A DNA stretch of 64,000 nt, taken from contig JBPCPW010000095.1 in NCBI GenBank assembly GCA_050998755.1, forward strand, positions 8,546-72,545, written 5' to 3'. Shown in pieces: positions 52,134 to 63,166 of the stretch (the stretch's first letter is position 1; every line of letters starts with the position of its first letter). The notes under the pieces were generated by a model. That model saw only the letters and a program-made list of their open reading frames with translations. It did no database searches and was not told where the DNA came from. Source of the DNA: Candidatus Dormibacteria bacterium. GTDB taxonomy: Bacteria; Chloroflexota; Dormibacteria; DASZGP01. A program made the translations under genes and the position numbers.

Positions 52134-52832
52134 TTGTCAGTCAAGATCAGGCTCCGGCGCATGGGCGCCAAGAAAAAGCCCTTCTATCGCCTGGTGGTGG
52201 CGGATGCCCGCTCCCCCCGTGACGGCCGGTTCATCGAAGCAGTCGGGACCTATGACCCGCTGGCCAACCCGGTGGTCGTGAAGATCGACGCCGACCGCGT
52301 CAAGGATTGGATCAGCAAGGGCGCGCGCCCCACCGACGTCGCCCGCCAGTTGCTGGTCAGTGAAGGCCTCCTGGAACGGACCGGCAGGGTCTACGAGAAG
52401 GCTGAGGACAAGCCCAAGGCCTCAAAGAAGGCCCAGGCCAAGGCTGCGGCTGCCGCCGCGGCTCCGCCTGAGGAAGCCGCCGAAGCGGCACCTGCCGAAG
52501 TCCCTGCCCCCGATGAGAGCGCCCCCCCAGCCGAGGCGCCGGCCGCCCCGGAGCCGGCCGCCCCGGAGCCGAAGGTTGAGGAGCCGGCCGCGGATGAGCC
52601 CAAGGCTGAGGAACCCAAGGTCGAGGAGCCGAAGCCTGAGGAGCCCAAGGCCGAGGAAGCCAAGCCTGAGGAAGTTCCAGCCGCTGAGGCGGCGCCGGAG
52701 AAGAGCGCACCCCAAGACGCCGATCCGGCCTCGCCGGCCAGCGAGACCGAGCCGGAGCCCCCCGCGCCAGCGCATCAGCACGCCGAGGCTCCTGCTGAGG
52801 GCAGTCCCGAGCCGGGCGAGGCGAAGAAGTGA
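52134..52832 (+). CDS. rpsP: 30S ribosomal protein S16 with about 150-aa Ala/Pro/Glu-rich C-terminal extension
   Basis: [24 protein letters not shown]...TYDPL core. TTG start 6 nt after AGGAGG. Tail of EEPKxEEPK repeats. Confidence 0.9.
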   Translation: MSVKIRLRRMGAKKKPFYRLVVADARSPRDGRFIEAVGTYDPLANPVVVKIDADRVKDWISKGARPTDVARQLLVSEGLLERTGRVYEKAEDKPKASKKAQAKAAAAAAAPPEEAAEAAPAEVPAPDESAPPAEAPAAPEPAAPEPKVEEPAADEPKAEEPKVEEPKPEEPKAEEAKPEEVPAAEAAPEKSAPQDADPASPASETEPEPPAPAHQHAEAPAEGSPEPGEAKK

Positions 52833-53287
52833 CGACCGATTACGCCGGACTTGTGGAATACATCGTCAAGAACATCGTGGAGAGCCCTGACGCGGTCGTC
52901 GTCGACGGCAATTCGCGTCGCCATCGTTCCCAGACGGTTGAGGTTCGCCTCGATCCCGCTGACGTGGGCCGGGTGATCGGCAAGGGCGGCAAGAACATCG
53001 AGGCGATCCGCGCGGTGGTCAAGGCGGCGGCCATCAAGGACCACACCAGGGTCAACGTGGAGGTCGTCACCGACGACCAGGACGAGGATGGCGAACAGGA
53101 TCTCCAGGATCGCCGCGCGTTTGGCGAGAGCGTCGGTGGCGCCGAGGAGATGAGCGAGGCGGCGGACCGGAGTCCGGGAGCAGCTGAGGCGCCTATGGCT
53201 CAAGAGCAGGGCGACGACCACGAGGGTCATGACCACAACGCCGACGACCATCAGGGCGCCAGCGTCCCGGAGATCGTGGAGGGCTAG
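52829..53287 (+). CDS. KH-domain RNA-binding protein (YlqC-like) with acidic tail
   Basis: [22 protein letters not shown] loop. Conserved position between rpsP and rimM. Confidence 0.75.
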   Translation: MTTDYAGLVEYIVKNIVESPDAVVVDGNSRRHRSQTVEVRLDPADVGRVIGKGGKNIEAIRAVVKAAAIKDHTRVNVEVVTDDQDEDGEQDLQDRRAFGESVGGAEEMSEAADRSPGAAEAPMAQEQGDDHEGHDHNADDHQGASVPEIVEG

Positions 53288-53797
53288 ATGTCCAGGGCAC
53301 CCGCAACAATTCGCGCAGGCTTCGTCCGCCGGGCGGTCGGCCTGGGCGGCGAGGTCGAGGTCGAGCCGCTGGGGGACAACCCCGAGCGGTTCGCACCTGG
53401 CAGCGTCCTGCGCGCCGGCAACCGGCGGGTGGAGATCGAGCGCGCCCACGGGACGGGCGGCGTGCTGCTGCGGCTCAAGATGGTTGGGGTGGACGACCGG
53501 GACGCTGCCGAAAAGCTGCATGGCAGCTACCTGGAAATTGACGCCGGCGAGCTGCCCCCCCTGCCGGAGGGCGCCTTTTACGAATGGCAGTTGGTTGGGT
53601 TGCAGGTCTACGACACCAGTGGACGCAAGCTCGGTCGCCTCGAGGAGGTGCTGGGATACCCCGCCAACGACGTGTATGTTGTCGCCGGGCAGGCCGGCGA
53701 GCGGCTGGTGCCCGCGATCCGCGAGGTGGTTCGCCGGGTCGACCTGGAGGCTGGCCGAATGGAGATCGACATGCCCCCCGAGGAGGAGGTGCGGTGA
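53288..53797 (+). CDS. rimM: 16S rRNA processing protein RimM
   Basis: RimM N-terminal beta-barrel plus PRC barrel. Conserved position before trmD. Confidence 0.85.
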   Translation: MSRAPATIRAGFVRRAVGLGGEVEVEPLGDNPERFAPGSVLRAGNRRVEIERAHGTGGVLLRLKMVGVDDRDAAEKLHGSYLEIDAGELPPLPEGAFYEWQLVGLQVYDTSGRKLGRLEEVLGYPANDVYVVAGQAGERLVPAIREVVRRVDLEAGRMEIDMPPEEEVR

Positions 53798-54492
53798 CCG
53801 CCGCCGCCCTGCGCTTTGACGTCATCACCCTGTTTCCCGACATCTTTCCCGGCCCGGTGGGCATCGGGGTGCTGGGACGGGCCCTGCAGTCGGGGCTGTT
53901 GCAGCTTGAGGCCCATGACCTGCGCGACTACGCCGGCAACCGTCATCGCCAGGTGGATGACATGCCCTACGGCGGCGGTCCGGGGATGGTCCTGAAGCCT
54001 GAGCCGGTGTTCGCCGCCGTCCGTGATATCCGCGCTGAGGGTGAGGATGCCCCGGTGGTTCTGCTCACCCCCACGGGGCGTCAGCTGAGCCACCAGCTGG
54101 CGGCGGAGCTTGCCACGCACCCGCGGCTGCTCCTGGTCGCCGGCCGCTACGAGGGCTTCGATGAACGCATCAGCTCGCTGGCCGACTACGAGATCAGCAT
54201 CGGCGATTACGTGCTCAGCGGTGGGGAGCTGGCGGCGATGGTGGTCATGGAGGCCGTTTCACGTCACGTCCCGGGTGTGCTCGGCGACGAGGATTCAGCG
54301 GGTGACGACTCGTTCGTCACCGGGCTATTGGAGCATCCCCAGTACACTCGACCGCCGGAGTTTGAGGGGCTGCAGGTTCCCGAGGTGCTGCTCTCGGGAC
54401 ACCATGAAGAGATTCGCCGCTGGCGTGAGCGTATGGCGCTCGAACGCACCACGGAGCGGCGCCCCGAACTGCTTAAAGGAGAGAGATCATGA
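53794..54492 (+). CDS. trmD: tRNA (guanine37-N1)-methyltransferase
   Basis: [13 protein letters not shown] and [21 protein letters not shown] motifs. GTG at 53794 overlaps the rimM stop (GTGA). The ORF track start 53584 is too far upstream. Confidence 0.9.
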   Translation: MTAAALRFDVITLFPDIFPGPVGIGVLGRALQSGLLQLEAHDLRDYAGNRHRQVDDMPYGGGPGMVLKPEPVFAAVRDIRAEGEDAPVVLLTPTGRQLSHQLAAELATHPRLLLVAGRYEGFDERISSLADYEISIGDYVLSGGELAAMVVMEAVSRHVPGVLGDEDSAGDDSFVTGLLEHPQYTRPPEFEGLQVPEVLLSGHHEEIRRWRERMALERTTERRPELLKGERS

Positions 54493-54830
54493 ACATCGTC
54501 GAGACGGTTGAGAAGGAATACCTCAAGGAGGAAGTCCCGACGCTACGGTCGGGCGATACCGTGAAGGTCCATGTGAAGGTCGTCGAGGGCACCCGGGAGC
54601 GCATCCAGGTGTTCGAAGGGGTGGTCATCGCGGTCAACCACGCGGGCCTGCGGCAGAACGTAACCGTCCGCCGGGTGACCCACGGCGTTGGTGTCGAGCG
54701 CACGTTCCTGGTCCACTCCCCGCGCATCGACAAGATCGACGTTCTCCGCCACGGCGCGGTTCGGCGCGCCAAGCTCTTCTACCTGCGCGACAAGGTGGGC
54801 AAGCAGTCGCGCATCAAGGAGCAGCGCTAA
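54489..54830 (+). CDS. rplS: 50S ribosomal protein L19
   Basis: [41 protein letters not shown] signature. Confidence 0.9.
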   Translation: MNIVETVEKEYLKEEVPTLRSGDTVKVHVKVVEGTRERIQVFEGVVIAVNHAGLRQNVTVRRVTHGVGVERTFLVHSPRIDKIDVLRHGAVRRAKLFYLRDKVGKQSRIKEQR

Positions 54831-54838
54831 GCAACATC

Positions 54839-55585
54839 TTGGCGTGGAGAAACCGCGGGCGGCCGGGTAGGCCCCACGCCCAACCGGCACTCCCCATCGA
54901 GATGCCGCCGATCGACATCTGGTTGCGCGAGCGCACGGCGCGGCTCAACGGCCACCTGGTGGTCGCGGGAGTCGACGAGGCCGGGCGCGGGCCGTTGGCC
55001 GGCCCGGTGGTGGCCGCCGCCGCGATCCTCCCGATGGGGGTCGAGATCCCCGGCCTGAACGACAGCAAGCTGCTCAACGCGGAGAAGCGCGAGGCGCTGG
55101 CGAAGATCATCCGGTCGGTCGCGCTGGCGATCGGGGTGGGGGAGGCGGACCAGCTGGAGATCGACGCCGTGAATATCGCGGTTGCCGGCAGACGGGCGCT
55201 GAAGCGTGCGGTGGAGAACCTGGGCATGGAGCCGGACTACGTCCTGGTCGACGGTTTCGCGCTTCCCGAGATGGCAATCCCCCACGAGGCCATGATCAAG
55301 GGAGATCGCCGCAGTGCGTCGATCATGGCGGGGGCGATCATTGCCAAGACCACGCGTGACGACTTCATGCGGCGGGCCGCAGACGAGTACCCGGGCTATG
55401 GCTTCGAGGTGCATTTCGGGTACTCGACGGCGGTACACGCCCAGGCCCTGCGGGACCTCGGGCCCTGCCCGCTGCACCGCCGCAGTTTCAACCCCGTCGC
55501 AGTGGCCGAGGCGGTGCTGGCGGGCGACACCGAGTTGCTCGAACGCATGGGGGCCTTTAGTCAAGGCGAAACCACAACCGCGTAG
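54839..55585 (+). CDS. rnhB: ribonuclease HII
   Basis: VAGVDEAGRGPLAGPVVAAA and DSKLL motifs. Real start may be the ATG near 54899. Confidence 0.85.
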   Translation: MAWRNRGRPGRPHAQPALPIEMPPIDIWLRERTARLNGHLVVAGVDEAGRGPLAGPVVAAAAILPMGVEIPGLNDSKLLNAEKREALAKIIRSVALAIGVGEADQLEIDAVNIAVAGRRALKRAVENLGMEPDYVLVDGFALPEMAIPHEAMIKGDRRSASIMAGAIIAKTTRDDFMRRAADEYPGYGFEVHFGYSTAVHAQALRDLGPCPLHRRSFNPVAVAEAVLAGDTELLERMGAFSQGETTTA

Positions 55586-55594
55586 AATCGGCCC

Positions 55595-55966
55595 ATGGAC
55601 GGCCATCGCCGGGCAGCCCTCGGCACCGCTGCGGAGCAGGCCGCGGCGCGCCATCTCGCCGCCCTGGGAATGCGAATAATCGAGCTCGACGTGCGCCTTG
55701 CAGGCGGCCAGGTGGACGTGGTGGCGATGGATGGCGATTGCCTGGTCATCGTCGAGGTCAAGGCCCGCAGCAGCCACGCCTTCGGCCTCCCGGCGGAAGC
55801 GGTGGACTACCGCAAACGGGCCCGTCTGCGCCGGCTCGCGTGGGAATACTGCCAGTTGCATCCCGGCCTCGGGCGGGGCATCCGCATTGATGTCGTCGCT
55901 GTCGACCTCGACAGGGCGGGTGGAGTGGCGGCCATCGACCACATCCCCGCCATCGATATGAGCTGA
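55595..55966 (+). CDS. yraN: YraN/UPF0102-family endonuclease
   Basis: AEQAAARHLAALGMRIIELDVR...VDVVAMDGDCLVIVEVKAR block typical of YraN. Confidence 0.75.
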   Translation: MDGHRRAALGTAAEQAAARHLAALGMRIIELDVRLAGGQVDVVAMDGDCLVIVEVKARSSHAFGLPAEAVDYRKRARLRRLAWEYCQLHPGLGRGIRIDVVAVDLDRAGGVAAIDHIPAIDMS

Positions 55967-56029
55967 CCTGCCGCCCGCGCCGTTGTGATGTGTGGTGGCA
56001 ACTATACAAATTTGTAGTATGATTGACCG

Positions 56030-57517
56030 ATGCCGGCATCCGCGAAAACCGCCTGCCTTGATGGCTTCACCGCCCTCCCGGTAGAGGTCCAGGCGGACAT
56101 CGGCGCCGGCTTACCCTCGTTCGCCGTGGTCGGGCTCACCGACAGGGCGGTCCAAGAGGCCCGTGAGCGCGTCAGGTCGGCGCTGCGTAACAGTGACTTC
56201 GGCTTCCCCCAGCACCGCCTGACGGTCAACCTCGCCCCGGCTGAATTGCACAAGGAGGGATCGGCGTTCGACCTCGCGATTGCCGTGGCAATCCTGCGGG
56301 AGGCCGGCCTCAAACCCAGCTTCCAGGGCGCGGGCTTCATCGGCGAGCTGGGTCTTGACGGCAGTGTCCGGCCGACCCGTGGCGTTCTGCCCATGTGTAT
56401 TCGCCTGGCTGCTGAGGGCGTATCACCCATCTTCGTCCCGGCGGGGAACGCCGCCGAAGCGTTGGCCAGTGGGGCCGAGATCGTGGCTGTCGACAGCCTC
56501 AAACAACTCACCGGCCATCTGTCGGGGACCATCATTCTCGCGCCGCCGAGCCCGCTGCCGGCGTCTCCGCGTACCGTCGCGCCTGTCGACCTGGCCGAGA
56601 TCCAGGGGCAAAGAGTTCCCAAGCGGGCCATCGAAATTGCCGCCGCCGGAGGTCACCACGTGTTGCTCGCCGGGCCTCCTGGCGCAGGTAAGTCGATGCT
56701 GGCGCGCGCGCTCGTGGGCCTGCTGCCCGACCTCACGCCCGAGGCGGCCAGGGAGGTCACCACGGTGCACTCGGTGGCGGGGCTGCTGGGGCGGCCGGGC
56801 CTGTTGACCCGACCGCCGCTGCGCAGCCCGCACCACACCGTCTCGATTGCCGGCATGATCGGTGGCAGGCATGCCGCCATGCCTGGTGAGATGTGCCTTG
56901 CGCATCGCGGTGTGCTGGTGATGGACGAGCTGCCGGAATTCAACCGCAGCTGCCTGGAAGCGCTGCGTGAGCCGCTCGAAGAAGGGCGGATTCGCCTCGG
57001 GCGGGCCACCGGGATGCGGGTCCTGCCGGCCTCATTCATCCTCGCGGCGACCGCCAACCCGTGCCCCTGCGGAAAATCGGGCGAGGGCAGCAACAGCCTG
57101 TGCTCCTGCGCCCCGGACACCATCACCCGGTATCGCAGGCGCATCTCAGGCCCGCTCCGCGACCGCATCGACCTCTGCCTAGAGGTGCGCCCGGTGGAGC
57201 TCCGACAGCTTCCCGGCGCGAGGGAGGGGGAGAGCACGGCGACCGTCGCGGCGCGCGTTGCCGCCGCCCGGGCCTTCCAGGCGCGCCGGCAGGGCGAGCG
57301 CCTCAATGCTGGGCTTGCGGCTGCCCAGCTTGGGGAGGTCTGCGAGCTGGAGGCTGCTGCGCGCCGCCTGGTACCCCGCCTCACCGAGGCCCATGCGCTG
57401 ACTGGTCGCGGCTTTCACGGCGTGTTCCGGCTGGCGCGCACCATCGCCGACCTCGACGCCCGCGCGCGCATCACCACCCAGGACCTCCTGGAGGCCGGTG
57501 AGTACCGCGGCAGCTGA
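56030..57517 (+). CDS. comM: YifB/ComM-family Mg-chelatase-like AAA+ ATPase
   Basis: N-terminal Lon-like domain (VEVQADIGAGLPSFAVVGLTD). Walker A LLAGPPGAGKSM. Cys cluster ANPCPCGKSG. Confidence 0.85.
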   Translation: MPASAKTACLDGFTALPVEVQADIGAGLPSFAVVGLTDRAVQEARERVRSALRNSDFGFPQHRLTVNLAPAELHKEGSAFDLAIAVAILREAGLKPSFQGAGFIGELGLDGSVRPTRGVLPMCIRLAAEGVSPIFVPAGNAAEALASGAEIVAVDSLKQLTGHLSGTIILAPPSPLPASPRTVAPVDLAEIQGQRVPKRAIEIAAAGGHHVLLAGPPGAGKSMLARALVGLLPDLTPEAAREVTTVHSVAGLLGRPGLLTRPPLRSPHHTVSIAGMIGGRHAAMPGEMCLAHRGVLVMDELPEFNRSCLEALREPLEEGRIRLGRATGMRVLPASFILAATANPCPCGKSGEGSNSLCSCAPDTITRYRRRISGPLRDRIDLCLEVRPVELRQLPGAREGESTATVAARVAAARAFQARRQGERLNAGLAAAQLGEVCELEAAARRLVPRLTEAHALTGRGFHGVFRLARTIADLDARARITTQDLLEAGEYRGS

Positions 57518-58427
57518 GCTGCCGGCCGGCTGGTGGGCCTGCCCCAGCACCTCGGCCGACTACCCCACCCTGCTCACCACCATCCATGAACCCCCGGACC
57601 TGGCGGTCCGTGGCGAGATCCACGCGGGTGCCGAGATGGTTGCGATTGTCGGGGCCCGGCGCTCGTCGGCGTATGGGGAGGAGGTCGCGTATGAGATTGC
57701 GCGTCACCTGGCATCGGTGGGGTTGACGATCGTCAGCGGGATGGCGCGCGGGATCGATGCCGCGGCCCACCGCGGGGCGATCGACGCGGGCGGTCGCACC
57801 GTGGCCGTGATGGGCACCGGGCCGGACAGCGTCTATCCTCCGGAACACCGCGGCCTCGCTGACAGGATCGCGTCGTCCGGTGCGCTGCTGACCCAGTTCC
57901 CCGTCGGCATGGTGCCACGCAAAGGCAACTTCCCAACACGCAACGCCGTGATCAGCGGCATGTCCCTCGCGGTGGTCGTTGTCGAGGCCCGGCGCCAGAG
58001 CGGGGCGATGCTCACCGCCGGTGCCGCGGGCAACCAGGGGCGCATGGTGATGGCGGTCCCGGGCAGCGTGCACAATGCCGCGTCCCGCGGTTGCCACGAC
58101 CTCATTCGCGATGGGGCCCAACTCGTGGCCTCCGCCCAGGACATCCTTGCCGACCTGCGCGGCGAACCGATGCTGCGGCTGCTCGACCAACCGGCGGAGG
58201 TCGAGGCGCGATTCGGCGATGTCAGGGACCGGGTCTTGGCGGCGTTGCGCGCCGGCTGTCTGACCCTTGACGAGTTGGTCGCGGCGGTTTCGGGGCCCTC
58301 CGCGGAGGTGGTCACCGCGGTGGCCAGGCTGCGCCTGGAGCAGGAGATCCGCCTTCGTGACGGGGCCTATGGGTTGGCAGTGGAGCGCACAGTGAGGAAT
58401 AGAGCGGCTCCAAACCGAGTCGTATAG
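57498..58427 (+). CDS. dprA: DNA processing protein DprA/Smf
   Basis: Rossmann-like block VAIVGARRSSAYGEEVAYEIARHLASVGLTIVSGMARGIDAAAHRGAIDAGGRTVAV. Confidence 0.85.
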   Translation: MSTAAAELPAGWWACPSTSADYPTLLTTIHEPPDLAVRGEIHAGAEMVAIVGARRSSAYGEEVAYEIARHLASVGLTIVSGMARGIDAAAHRGAIDAGGRTVAVMGTGPDSVYPPEHRGLADRIASSGALLTQFPVGMVPRKGNFPTRNAVISGMSLAVVVVEARRQSGAMLTAGAAGNQGRMVMAVPGSVHNAASRGCHDLIRDGAQLVASAQDILADLRGEPMLRLLDQPAEVEARFGDVRDRVLAALRAGCLTLDELVAAVSGPSAEVVTAVARLRLEQEIRLRDGAYGLAVERTVRNRAAPNRVV

Positions 58428-58436
58428 TGTCGAACC

Positions 58437-60896
58437 ATGCCAACCCCGAAGAACGGGGCGGGGACTGCGGGCGCCGGCACCGGCACCCCGCTGATCATCG
58501 TCGAATCGCCATCCAAGGCGCGGACGCTCGAACGCTACTTAGGTGGACGTTTCGCGGTCCGAGCCTCTGTTGGTGCTGTCCGCGACCTGCCCAAGAGCGA
58601 TATGGGCATCGACGAGGAGCACGACTTCGACCAGACGTATGTGATCATCCCCGGCAAGGAGAAGACCATCAAGGACCTCAAGGCGGCCGCGAAGCAGGCC
58701 AGCAAGGTCCTACTCGGTACCGACCCCGACCGCGAGGGCGAAGCGATCAGCTGGCACCTTGCCGATGAGCTGAAGCTCAAGGACCCCCTGCGGGTGGAAT
58801 TCGAGGAGATCACCAAGTCCGGCGTCGAGAAGGCCCTGCAATCCCCCCGACCGATCGACATCGACCTGGTCAACGCCCAGGTGGCGCGCCGCGTAATCGA
58901 CCGCCTGGTGGGGTACAAGGTCAGCCCGGTGCTGTGGCGCAAGGTCAAGCCGAGCATCTCGGCCGGCCGTGTCCAGTCAGTAGCGGTACGCCTGGTCTGC
59001 GAGCGCGAGGAGGAGATCGAGGCCTTCAACTCCCGCGAGTACTGGACCGTTGAGGTCGACCTACGCAAAGATGGCGCCGCACCGGACTTCACCGCTCGCC
59101 TGCGCACCCGCCGCCCGGCTTCTGGCGACCCGGATGAGAACAAGGACGCCGAGGCCGAGGCCGAGGACGGGGGACTTCCCGAGCTGGCCAGCGAGGCGAC
59201 TGCCACCGCGGCTGTTGAGGCGCTTCGCGCCGCGGCGTTTACGGTGGCCGGGGTCGAGCTCAAGGAACGTGCCAGCAACCCGCGTGGCCCATATGAGACC
59301 AGCACCCTGCAGCAGGATGCCTCGACCCGCCTGGGCTTCAACCCGCGGCGCGCAATGCAGGTCGCCCAGCAGCTATACGAGGGGGTTGAGCTGGGTGCCG
59401 AGGGCCTGACCGGTCTGATCACCTACATGCGAACTGACGACACGCGCATCAGCGATGAAGCGGTCAGGGATACTCGCGCCTTTGTGGCCTCGCAGTTCGG
59501 CGACAACTACGTGCAATCTCGCCCCTGGGGCAAGAAGAACGCCAAGCCGACCAAGGCCAAGGCGGCACCGGCGGTCGAGGCCCAGAGCGCCCACGAGGCG
59601 ATTCGGCCGACCGACGTTTCCAGGACCCCGGAGGCCGTCGCGGCGTTTCTCAGCCCGGAGCAGTTGCGGCTGTACACGTTGGTCTGGCGGCGTTTCGTCG
59701 CCAGCCAGATGGCTCCGGCGCGCTACGACACCACCCGGGTGGATATCGAAGCCGGCGAGTTCAAGCTGCGGGCGACAGGGTCGATTCGCCGCTTCGACGG
59801 CTTCGAGCGGGTATGGGAGCGTGAGGCCAGCGACGACAGCGGGATCCCCGAGGTCAGCGAGGGTGATGCCCTGGCGATGCTCGATGTCAGGAGCGACCAG
59901 CATTTCACCCAGCCGCCGCCGCGCTACAGCGAGGCGTCGCTGATCAAAGAGCCGGGAGAGCGGGGGATAGGGCGACCATCGACCTATGCACCGACCATCG
60001 AGACGATAGTCAAGCGCGCCTACGTCAAGTTGCTTGAGCGCCGGCTTCACCCCACACCGCTGGGCAAGGCCGTCAACCGCTTCCTGGTTACCAACTTCGG
60101 CAAGCTGCTGGAGTACGACTTCACGGCGAATATGGAGAGCGACCTGGACCGCATCGAGAAGGGGACGGCGTGGGTCCCGTTCATGCGGCAGTTCAACGAC
60201 CAACTGGACGGCTGGCTGACCAGCGCCCGGGAGGCCGACCCCGTGCGGCCTGCGGCGGAGCGCACCGGCGAGGCCTGCCCCAAGTGTGGCGAGGGGGAGC
60301 TGGTGAAACGCGAAGGCCGCTATGGGGAGTTCGTCGGCTGCTCGCGCTACCCGGAGTGCGACTACATAAAGGATCGCGAGGAGCGGCAGGCGCCACAGGA
60401 AACGGGCAGGATGTGCCCGGAATGCGGCAAGCCGCTGGTCGAGCGCCAGAGCCGCCGGGGCCCGTTCGTCGGATGTTCCGGCTATCCGGACTGTAAGTTC
60501 ATCGAGAAGACCGAGGGCGCCGATGGCTCCGGACGGCCGCAGGCTGAGACCCTCGACCGGAACTGCCCGCGGTGCAGTAAGCCGCTGGTGCGTCGGCAGA
60601 GCCGCCGCGGACCGTTCGTGGGCTGCTCGGGCTACCCCGATTGCAAGTTCATCGAAAAGGCCGAGGCTCGGCCCGGGGAGAAGGTCGAGCGCGCCCCGCT
60701 CCAGCTTCTCGACGAGACCTGCGAGGTGTGTGGCAAGCCGATGGCGATGCGTGAAGGTCGCTTCGGCAGTTTCAAATCCTGTAGCGACTACCCCGCGTGC
60801 AAGGGCCCGGGCAGGACGTCGCCCACGCCAAAGGCCAGCAAACCGACGGGGGGCAAGGCCGCCTCGCGTCCGAAGCGTCCCGCCGCCGCCCGCTGA
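58437..60896 (+). CDS. topA: DNA topoisomerase I with four C-terminal zinc-ribbon repeats
   Basis: Toprim domain (LIIVESPSKA, GTDPDREGEAISW). Active-site region YMRTDDTRIS. Four C4 motifs (CPKCG..CSRYPEC; CPECG..CSGYPDC; CPRCS..CSGYPDC; CEVCG..CSDYPAC). Confidence 0.9.
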   Translation: MPTPKNGAGTAGAGTGTPLIIVESPSKARTLERYLGGRFAVRASVGAVRDLPKSDMGIDEEHDFDQTYVIIPGKEKTIKDLKAAAKQASKVLLGTDPDREGEAISWHLADELKLKDPLRVEFEEITKSGVEKALQSPRPIDIDLVNAQVARRVIDRLVGYKVSPVLWRKVKPSISAGRVQSVAVRLVCEREEEIEAFNSREYWTVEVDLRKDGAAPDFTARLRTRRPASGDPDENKDAEAEAEDGGLPELASEATATAAVEALRAAAFTVAGVELKERASNPRGPYETSTLQQDASTRLGFNPRRAMQVAQQLYEGVELGAEGLTGLITYMRTDDTRISDEAVRDTRAFVASQFGDNYVQSRPWGKKNAKPTKAKAAPAVEAQSAHEAIRPTDVSRTPEAVAAFLSPEQLRLYTLVWRRFVASQMAPARYDTTRVDIEAGEFKLRATGSIRRFDGFERVWEREASDDSGIPEVSEGDALAMLDVRSDQHFTQPPPRYSEASLIKEPGERGIGRPSTYAPTIETIVKRAYVKLLERRLHPTPLGKAVNRFLVTNFGKLLEYDFTANMESDLDRIEKGTAWVPFMRQFNDQLDGWLTSAREADPVRPAAERTGEACPKCGEGELVKREGRYGEFVGCSRYPECDYIKDREERQAPQETGRMCPECGKPLVERQSRRGPFVGCSGYPDCKFIEKTEGADGSGRPQAETLDRNCPRCSKPLVRRQSRRGPFVGCSGYPDCKFIEKAEARPGEKVERAPLQLLDETCEVCGKPMAMREGRFGSFKSCSDYPACKGPGRTSPTPKASKPTGGKAASRPKRPAAAR

Positions 60897-60910
60897 GGCA
60901 AAATCTAGCG

Positions 60911-61348
60911 ATGGCACCGAGTCCCTCCAAGCCCGTCGCCGACGAGCCGCCGGCGGAGCCGCCGAGCGCGGACCAGGGTGTTGCTGGCGCTCCCGCACCT
61001 GACGCGCCGACCGCCGATTCGGTCGGGTTCGACATTGCCAATCCGCTCGCCTCTCCCCCTGGCAGAGGCGCGGCCCCGGAGCCGGTCCCGCTCGAGGTCC
61101 CACTGGAGGAGCAGATCAGCAACCTGCCGCCACTGAGCTATCCCGGCAGCAACAATGAGGACTTCGACCGCTGGGCCTCGGACAAGCGGCGGGGCAGGCT
61201 CCGGGTGGAGGTCATCGGGGCCGTCGCGCTGCTGATCGCCGGGGCTGCGGTCACCGCCTTCAGTGGGCGCCCGGCCTTCATCGCCGTCGCTCTCTTCGGC
61301 ATTGTCGGCCTGGCGATCTACGAATTCCTCGTCACCTCGTTCGAGTAA
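60911..61348 (+). CDS. hypothetical Pro/Ala-rich protein with C-terminal TM helices
   Basis: ATG at 60911. Low-complexity N-terminus. Two hydrophobic helices near the C-terminus. No family recognised. Confidence 0.4.
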   Translation: MAPSPSKPVADEPPAEPPSADQGVAGAPAPDAPTADSVGFDIANPLASPPGRGAAPEPVPLEVPLEEQISNLPPLSYPGSNNEDFDRWASDKRRGRLRVEVIGAVALLIAGAAVTAFSGRPAFIAVALFGIVGLAIYEFLVTSFE

Positions 61349-61357
61349 GCAACCTCC

Positions 61358-61363
61358 TATAAT
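61358..61363 (+). promoter_or_regulatory. candidate -10 box (TATAAT) upstream of rpsB-tsf
   Basis: Perfect TATAAT 130 nt upstream of the rpsB ATG. No good -35. Pattern only. Confidence 0.25.
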
Positions 61364-61493
61364 CTGTTCGCCCCATGCGAGTGGGGACTACGCACGCCGG
61401 ACGCCACGGGTGACCGTGTCGACGAGGCGGAAGGTGCCCGGGCCGACCGGGTCCCGACCTCAGGTCCGGCGGAGGAATAACCAGGAGGTACTC

Positions 61494-62504
61494 ATGGCTG
61501 CGGTAACGCTCAAGCAGCTGCTGGAGGCTGGCGTCCATTTCGGGCACCAGACCAGCCGCTGGAATCCCAAGATGAAGCCCTACATCTTCACCGCGCGCAA
61601 CGGCATTCACATCATCGACCTGGCGCAGACCGTGAAGCTGCTCGAGGAAGCCTGCAAGTGGGTGACCCAGGAGGTCGCCAACGGCGGGTCTGTGCTCTTT
61701 GTGGGCACCAAAAAGCAGGCCCAGGGAATCATCCAGGAGGAGGCCAAGCGCTCCGGCCAGCACTATGTCAACCATCGCTGGATGGGCGGCATGCTGACCA
61801 ACTTCACGGTGATCCAGCAGCGGTTCAATCGAATGCGCGCGCTCCGCGAGATGCGGGACACCGGCCAGTTCGAGCAGATGAGCAAGAAGGAGGCGGCCAA
61901 GCTGGAGGATGAGCTCGACAAGCTCGAGCGCAACTTCGGCGGCATGGCCGAGCTCAAGCGACTGCCCTCGGCGGTCTACGTGGTGGACCCCCGCAAGGAG
62001 CACATCGCGGTGACCGAGGCCGGCCGCCTCAAGATCCCAGTGATCGCGATCACCGACTCCAACTGCGACCCAGAACTGATCCGCCACGTCATCCCGGGTA
62101 ACGACGATGCCATCCGCGCGGTCAAGCTGATCACCGCCCGTCTCGCGGATGCCTGCATCGAGGGCCGCGCCTCGCGCCCTCAGGACAAGGACGAGGAGGG
62201 TGCGGAAGGGCCTTCGGTGGTACCTGAGCCGGCGGCAGTGGCCGCGGCCGTGGCCGCCGCGGCGGCGCCCCCGGAGGCTCTCCCGGAGGCTCCCGTCCAG
62301 CAGCCGGAGTCCGCCGCTGTCGCCGTCGCCGAGAAACCGGCGGTTGCCGAGCCCGAACCCGCTGAGGCGCCTCCCGCCGAGGTGCAGCAGGACGAGGTAC
62401 CGGAGGACGAGGAGGTCAAGCCCGAGCCCGAGGTGGATGAGGAGGAGTTTGCCAAGGAGCTCGAGGGCCTCGACGAGCAGGACAAGATGATGGGGGACGC
62501 CTAG
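61494..62504 (+). CDS. rpsB: 30S ribosomal protein S2 with about 110-aa acidic Ala/Pro/Glu C-terminal extension
   Basis: [32 protein letters not shown] core. ATG at 61494 after AGGAGG. ORF track start 61263 is upstream. Confidence 0.9.
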   Translation: MAAVTLKQLLEAGVHFGHQTSRWNPKMKPYIFTARNGIHIIDLAQTVKLLEEACKWVTQEVANGGSVLFVGTKKQAQGIIQEEAKRSGQHYVNHRWMGGMLTNFTVIQQRFNRMRALREMRDTGQFEQMSKKEAAKLEDELDKLERNFGGMAELKRLPSAVYVVDPRKEHIAVTEAGRLKIPVIAITDSNCDPELIRHVIPGNDDAIRAVKLITARLADACIEGRASRPQDKDEEGAEGPSVVPEPAAVAAAVAAAAAPPEALPEAPVQQPESAAVAVAEKPAVAEPEPAEAPPAEVQQDEVPEDEEVKPEPEVDEEEFAKELEGLDEQDKMMGDA

Positions 62505-63155
62505 ATGCCCGCGGTAACCACAGCAATGATCAAAGAGCTGCGCGACGCCACCAACGCCGGGATGATGGACGCCAAGAAGGCCCTGGAGGCCAATGACGGC
62601 GACATCGAAAAGTCCAAGGACTGGCTGCGCCAGAAGGGCATCACCAAGGCCGCCGAACGTGCGGGCCGCCACGCCGGCCAGGGGGTCATCGCGACCTACG
62701 TGCACAGGTCCACTGCGGAGGGTTCACAGTGGGCCGGATCGGTGGGGGTGCTGGTCGAGCTCAACAGCGAGTCCGACTTTGTGGCTCGCAACGACATCTT
62801 CCAGACCCTCGCCCGCGAGCTGGCCCTGCAGGTGGCGGGGGGCTCGCCCCTGTACGTCCGTCGCGAGGAGGTGCCGGCCCCGCTGGTCCAGCGCGAACGC
62901 GATGTCGCCATGGCCCAGGCCAAAGAGCAGGGTAAGGAGAAGTTCGCCGACAAAATGGTCGAGGGCAAGCTGAACTCCTTCTTCGGCGAGATCTGCCTGC
63001 TCGACCAGGTCTATCTGAAGGACACCAGCAAGAAGGTCAAAGACCTGGTCGACGAGGCCGTGGCGCAGCTCAAGGAGAACATCGTGGTCTCGCGCTTTGT
63101 TCGCTTCGAGGTGGGCCAGAGCCCTACGGTCGACGTCACCGCGGGCGAGGAGTAG
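62505..63155 (+). CDS. tsf: elongation factor Ts (short form)
   Basis: [27 protein letters not shown]-like N-terminus. Dimerisation core. Confidence 0.9.
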   Translation: MPAVTTAMIKELRDATNAGMMDAKKALEANDGDIEKSKDWLRQKGITKAAERAGRHAGQGVIATYVHRSTAEGSQWAGSVGVLVELNSESDFVARNDIFQTLARELALQVAGGSPLYVRREEVPAPLVQRERDVAMAQAKEQGKEKFADKMVEGKLNSFFGEICLLDQVYLKDTSKKVKDLVDEAVAQLKENIVVSRFVRFEVGQSPTVDVTAGEE

Positions 63156-63166
63156 GAGCAACGAGC

